A stretch of 64,000 nt of DNA. Origin: the human T2T-CHM13v2.0 reference genome, Homo sapiens. The DNA lies in assembly GCF_009914755.1 (NCBI RefSeq), contig NC_060929.1. The stretch is one strand, 5' to 3'. Below the pieces are notes generated by a model. The model did no database searches, was not told the DNA's origin, and saw nothing but the letters and a program-made list of their open reading frames with translations. Below, piece by piece: positions 59,223-64,000 of the stretch. Numbering within the stretch: the stretch's first letter is position 1; every line of letters begins with the position of its first letter. The position numbers and the translations under genes were made by a program.

Positions 59223-59974
59223 AGAAGTATATGCCTCAAACTATGGACACAGGTTGTCTTCACTAGGGAGTGGAATTAGAAGAGAAAGGAAATGAGATAT
59301 GCATATTTTCTTTATACATTCTATAGTGTCTAGATCTCTGTATAGAGAACATATAATTCTTTTTTACTTTTTAATTATATACATTTTTTTTAAAGAACTC
59401 TTAGGAACAACCTGTAAGTATCTGAATTTGCTTCTCAGGTCCCACCAGATAATTCACTCAGGCTAGAACTTACTTGCTATCAGGGACTCATGGCCAAGGG
59501 TGTGCAAATATTTACATGCTGTTGCCAAACAGACAAGCCAAGCCAACAAGTGTTTATTAAAAGTTTACAACGTGAGCTGCACCCTATAGAGGCTATGAAA
59601 AGGAATGAAGCACAATTCCTGCACTTGAGTTTAGAATTTTACTGGAAGAAAAGACTTATTTATGAAACATTTAAAGAAAAAAACTCTCAAGTCTAAATGT
59701 CATCACCAAATAGACAGTGTAGAGTTGATAGTGCAATCAGAATTAAAAAGAAGGGGAGTTGGTGGGAAGTAAGAAGAAAGGTGAGGAGGAAAGAAGACAA
59801 CAAAAGATGTTCACTATCAGCATATTGGAGCAGGCAGGTCCCAGATACCCCTGCATCACTGAGTGGTGATGGAAAAGAGGCAGAGGGCAGATTCCAACAG
59901 CCCCTGATTGTCTGCTTGGTTTATGTAACAGCTACAGACATTAGAGGGCAAAACATGTTAGAGGAAAAAGAGAT

Positions 59975-60141
59975 CCAGCCGTGCGTGGTGGTACGTGCCT
60001 GTTATCCCAGCTACTTAGGAGACTGAGGCTGGAGGATTGCTTGAGCCCAGGAGTTCAAGGCTGCAGTGAACTGTAATTGTACCACTGCACTCCAGCCTAG
60101 ATGACAGAGCGAGACACTCTTTCTAAAAAAAAAAAAATAAA
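59975..60141 (+). mobile_element. Alu monomer (FRAM/J right arm)
   Basis: Single arm with A tail. Confidence 0.8.
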
Positions 60142-60509
60142 GTGTACAAACAAATAAATCATTATTTTTGAAAAGGGGATCCAAGCCATGAGTTGGCAAA
60201 GAATACCAGATAAATTGAGATGAGGGTGATCAATATACACTGTAGTGCCAGCATGTGGTTCCTTGGCCTGCTGGTGACCTTGCTTATGAGGTAGCCTTGA
60301 ACATGAGTACATTTTCCCTGGGCTCTGCATTATTCCCTTCCCACTCCCTTAATCTGAAAATTCTCTACATTCTCAAGAAAGAAGAGATTCGGGTGCAAAA
60401 TAAACCTACTCATATTGCCTAATAATGATGATGGCTAACTGTGACAAGCCCTTTACTCATGTTAGCTTTACATGTATTAACTCATTTAATCTTCACAGAT
60501 TATTGTTCC

Positions 60510-60975
60510 ATTTTATTTTTTTTTTCAATCGTTTTTGGAGAACAGGTGATTTTTGTTAATTGGATAATTTCTTTAGTGGTGATTCCTGAGATTTTGGTGC
60601 ACCCATCACCCAAGCAGTGTATACTGTACCCAATTTGTAGTTTTTTATCCTTCACCTCCCCCTGCCACCCTTCCCCCAGAGTCCCCAAAGACCATTATAT
60701 CATTCTTATGTCTTTGCATCCTCATAGTTTAGCTCCCACTTATAAGTGAGAACATACAATATTTGGTTTTCCATTCCTGAGTTACTTCACTTAGAATCAG
60801 GGTCTCCAACTCCATCCAGGTTGCTGAGAATGCCATTTTTCATTCCTCTTTATGGATGAGTAGTATTCCATGGTACATATATACCACATTTTCTTTATCC
60901 AGTCATTGGTTGATGGGCATTTAGGCTGGTTCTATATTTTTACAATTGCAAATTGTGCTGCTATAAACATGCATG
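60510..60975 (-). mobile_element. L1 3' end fragment (L1PB/L1MA-like)
   Basis: CCCACTTATAAGTGAGAACATACAATATTTGG...TTCACTTAGAAT...GGGCATTTAGGCTGGTTC. Confidence 0.8.
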
Positions 60976-61124
60976 TGATGCCTTCTACCATGTTATGATG
61001 CAACAAAAAGGCCCTTAACATTGTATTTCCTACCCTCCAGAACCATGAGCCAATAAACTTCTATCATTTATAAATTATCCAGCCTGTAGTATTCTGTTAT
61101 AGCAGCACAAAATAGACTAAGACA
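60976..61124 (+). mobile_element. MaLR LTR 3' fragment
   Basis: CCTCCAGAACCATGAGCCAATAAACTTC...GTTATAGCAGCACAAAATAGACTAAGACA. Confidence 0.7.
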
Positions 61125-62256
61125 CCTAGTAAACTGAAAAGACAGTTTAAAAGACACTGAAAACTACATGAGTTTAGAGCTGTGATACTTTTTTTTAAGA
61201 AGGAAGTTAACCTTATAGAATTGGTGTATATCAGAAGAGGTTCTGATAATTTATGAACATGTAATTTTCACTGATACGGCCACAAATGCAATTTGATCTC
61301 TACATTATTCTCAAAGCAATTGAAAAAAATGGAGTAAAGCAACCTCTTTATGAAACTTTGAGTCATTTGGGGGTCATAAGTAATATTAATGGGAACCTCA
61401 TTCCAAAGCCTTCCAAATCTAAGAAGTCTCTAGTCTTGAGGCATCCTTTGCATTGGGCTGGGTCTTCCCTGATCAGGGCTCCACTTTACCCTGCAAGAAC
61501 TTAGAAATCCTGCCCAAAGCAACCAGTGAATATTACCTGCATGGCTGCCTCTGAACTTGAGAACTCTGCAAGGACCGATGTCTGTTATATTTAAAACTGA
61601 GCCCTTGGGCTTGGAAACTCTTCCTACCTGACTAAAGCTGAGCAGCTGGCTGTATTGGTTTGTAAGGAAATGATGCAACAAGCCAATAACAGTAGTCTGC
61701 CTCTCTCCCTTCCCTCTGGATCCAGCCCCTGGCAGATGCCTGTTCTGGTTACTGGAGCTAGTTGAGGAAAAAAGAGAAGGGACCAGAGCATGTGGGGCTC
61801 CCTACCTGTGGGCATTTCACCTCCAGAATGGCTCTGTACGGTGTCAGGATTATTATTTTCACTTGGCAAATGTGGAAACTGAAGCTTAGAACAAACAGGT
61901 TATTTTTCTAATGCCTTCAAGCTGGCAAATGGCACCAAATACAGTGTTTATTCCTCAACACATACTGTGCTGCTTTCTAGGATGGGAAAGGCCCAGCAGA
62001 AATATAAAGCATGCAGGCCAAGGTAGGAATGAATGAAGTTCAGTCATTCTATCAGTCAGTCCACAAGGATTGACCAGCTGTGGCCTGCATGTGCTAACTG
62101 CTATGGCAGGTGCCGAAGAAGAAAATGTCACAGTCCTAGCTAACCCTAGCAGAGTATTGGTAAACAAAGCTACCACCTCTGGAATAACTAAGATGAAGCC
62201 CCAAGGTTAAAGCATAAGGTGAAACATGAGGCTTGGAATAGCCAAGAAATAATAGT

Positions 62257-62260
62257 GATA

Positions 62261-62299
<39 letters not shown>
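62257..62299. repeat. (GAT)n microsatellite
   Basis: Direct observation. Confidence 0.95.
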
Positions 62300-62807
62300 G
62301 CTAACAATTTGTAAGCATTTACCTAGTTCTAAGCATGGTACATGGACCATTTCATTTAGCCCCACAACAACTGTATGAGATTGATGTTATTATCATTCCC
62401 ATTTCAAAGAAGAGACTGGGCCAAGGTCAGCAGCTTTAAGTGGAAAAGCTGGGATGTGAATCCAGATCTTTTTCTCTTCAAAAAATATGCTTCTTGGAAT
62501 GCAGAACAAATATAGTTTGTTCAAATCCGTACTGTACTACTCACTATCTGATAATCTTAGGCATGTTATTTAACTTAACAGCATTAATTCATCTGGAAAA
62601 TAAAATAAATCTTTGATAAAAAATTGAAAAAAAAATTAAAGAAAGAAAAGGAAGGTCATGCCCTTAACTACAATAGGTGAAGAGGATGGGGAATATTCCA
62701 GCATCCCATCAGAATAGCAAAGGCTCTGTTTCTACTCTTCAGAACAGATGGGTTTGCCACCTCCTAAGGGAGCAAGTGCAGAAGCAAAGGCATTTGAAGA
62801 ATGTGCT

Positions 62808-62872
62808 CCACCACTACCGTCACCACCAGAACTGCTAACACCACCACCACTACCACCACCACCACCACCCAC
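62808..62872. repeat. Imperfect (CAC)n repeat
   Basis: Direct observation. Confidence 0.85.
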
Positions 62873-64000
62873 TTGCCCACTCGTAGTACTTGCTCTGCTC
62901 CCCATAGATCAGGCTCCAGGGTGCCATTCACACGGCAATCATCAGTGACGGCCCAGAGCCAGAGGAGAGGCAATGGGCTAGATGTGATATCTCCTCTTAA
63001 ACTGAACACTGACTCAAGAGTTGAGTGTCACAGGAAGAGCAAGTGTCTGCTGGGCCCATCACCCCAGAGGTGATTGCTCCTTTATCCTTTATGCCTTTCC
63101 AGGAGATACAGAGTCTGCATAAATTATCTTTAATCCTAATGATTTGGCATCATGGAAAGTCATATGGCTTATTTGGTAAAAGGACCTTGAGGGTAAATAG
63201 GGCCTTGTAGAGCTGGGCTGGCAGCGTGCAATACCCTGATCCTAGTTTGAGCTCCATGAGGGAAGTACTTTGTTCTATTTGCTGTTGCAGTCACAGTACC
63301 AGGCCCACAAGTAGATAATAGAGCTACAAGAAGAACCAAGGTATGAACCTTGCCTTTAAGGTCTACTGGAGTGAGACAGACATGTAAACAGTCAATTTAA
63401 ATGCAGTGTAATGAAGCCTACGACTGGGGAAAGAAAGGGAAAGACACCTGACCCGTGCTTGGGACTCAGGAAAGGCATTCTAGAGTAAATGACACCTCAA
63501 CTGGGACTTTAAATGATTAAGAATTAGCCAGTTGAAAAAATAAAAGTGGTTTCAGAGCAGAGGAACAGCATGTGCAAAGGCTCTAAGGTAAGACAGAACT
63601 CAGAAATCAGAGGCAGAAAGGGAAACAATGAATCTGAAGAAGTTGGCAATGACCCTTAAGCCAAATTAAGGGATCTGGACTTTATCTTGGGGACAGTAGG
63701 GAGACTGCTAAAGAGTTCTGTATGGGAAAATGATATGATCATTTCAGAACTGGGCATTTTCAACGGTATCTTCCACACCACCCAAGAAAAACAGTGGGTC
63801 AGAAACCAATTGAACTTCTCTCAAAATTAAGTCTTTTGAGGCTCTTTCACTCTTTCAAGTTCTGAGTCATTTATGCAGTGGATATTGAAATGTCCCAAAA
63901 CAGGTTTATCCTTTTAAGAAGGATGAGAAGTCATTGAATTCTCTGTTGGCCCATATAGGAAGAAAGAGATAGTGCTTCTATTATGCCATAAAAATGACTG

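Overview
Primate, very likely human, genomic DNA that is dense in repeats. The only protein-coding feature is the 5' end of SH3RF2 (RING + SH3 E3 ligase of the POSH family) on the + strand. It has a CpG-rich promoter and short first exon (~26960-27078), a first coding exon (28207-28690; CDS 28313-28690, RING finger), and an intron that runs past the end of the window. The rest is mostly interspersed repeats: about 19 Alu/FLAM/FRAM copies, a 5'-inverted L1PA with a target-site duplication (TSD), older L1s, MaLR LTRs, L2/MIR, DNA transposon remnants and microsatellites. Nearly all other ORFs in the track are repeat-derived or chance. I found no convincing new biological system. The best leads are a spliced 37-codon uORF that stops 1 nt before the SH3RF2 start codon, a perfect 26-bp inverted repeat next to a 41-bp direct duplication, an Alu whose TSD supplies a strong splice donor, and an orphan terminal-exon signature at ~14.8 kb. 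Repeat boundaries and subfamilies were judged by eye and are approximate.
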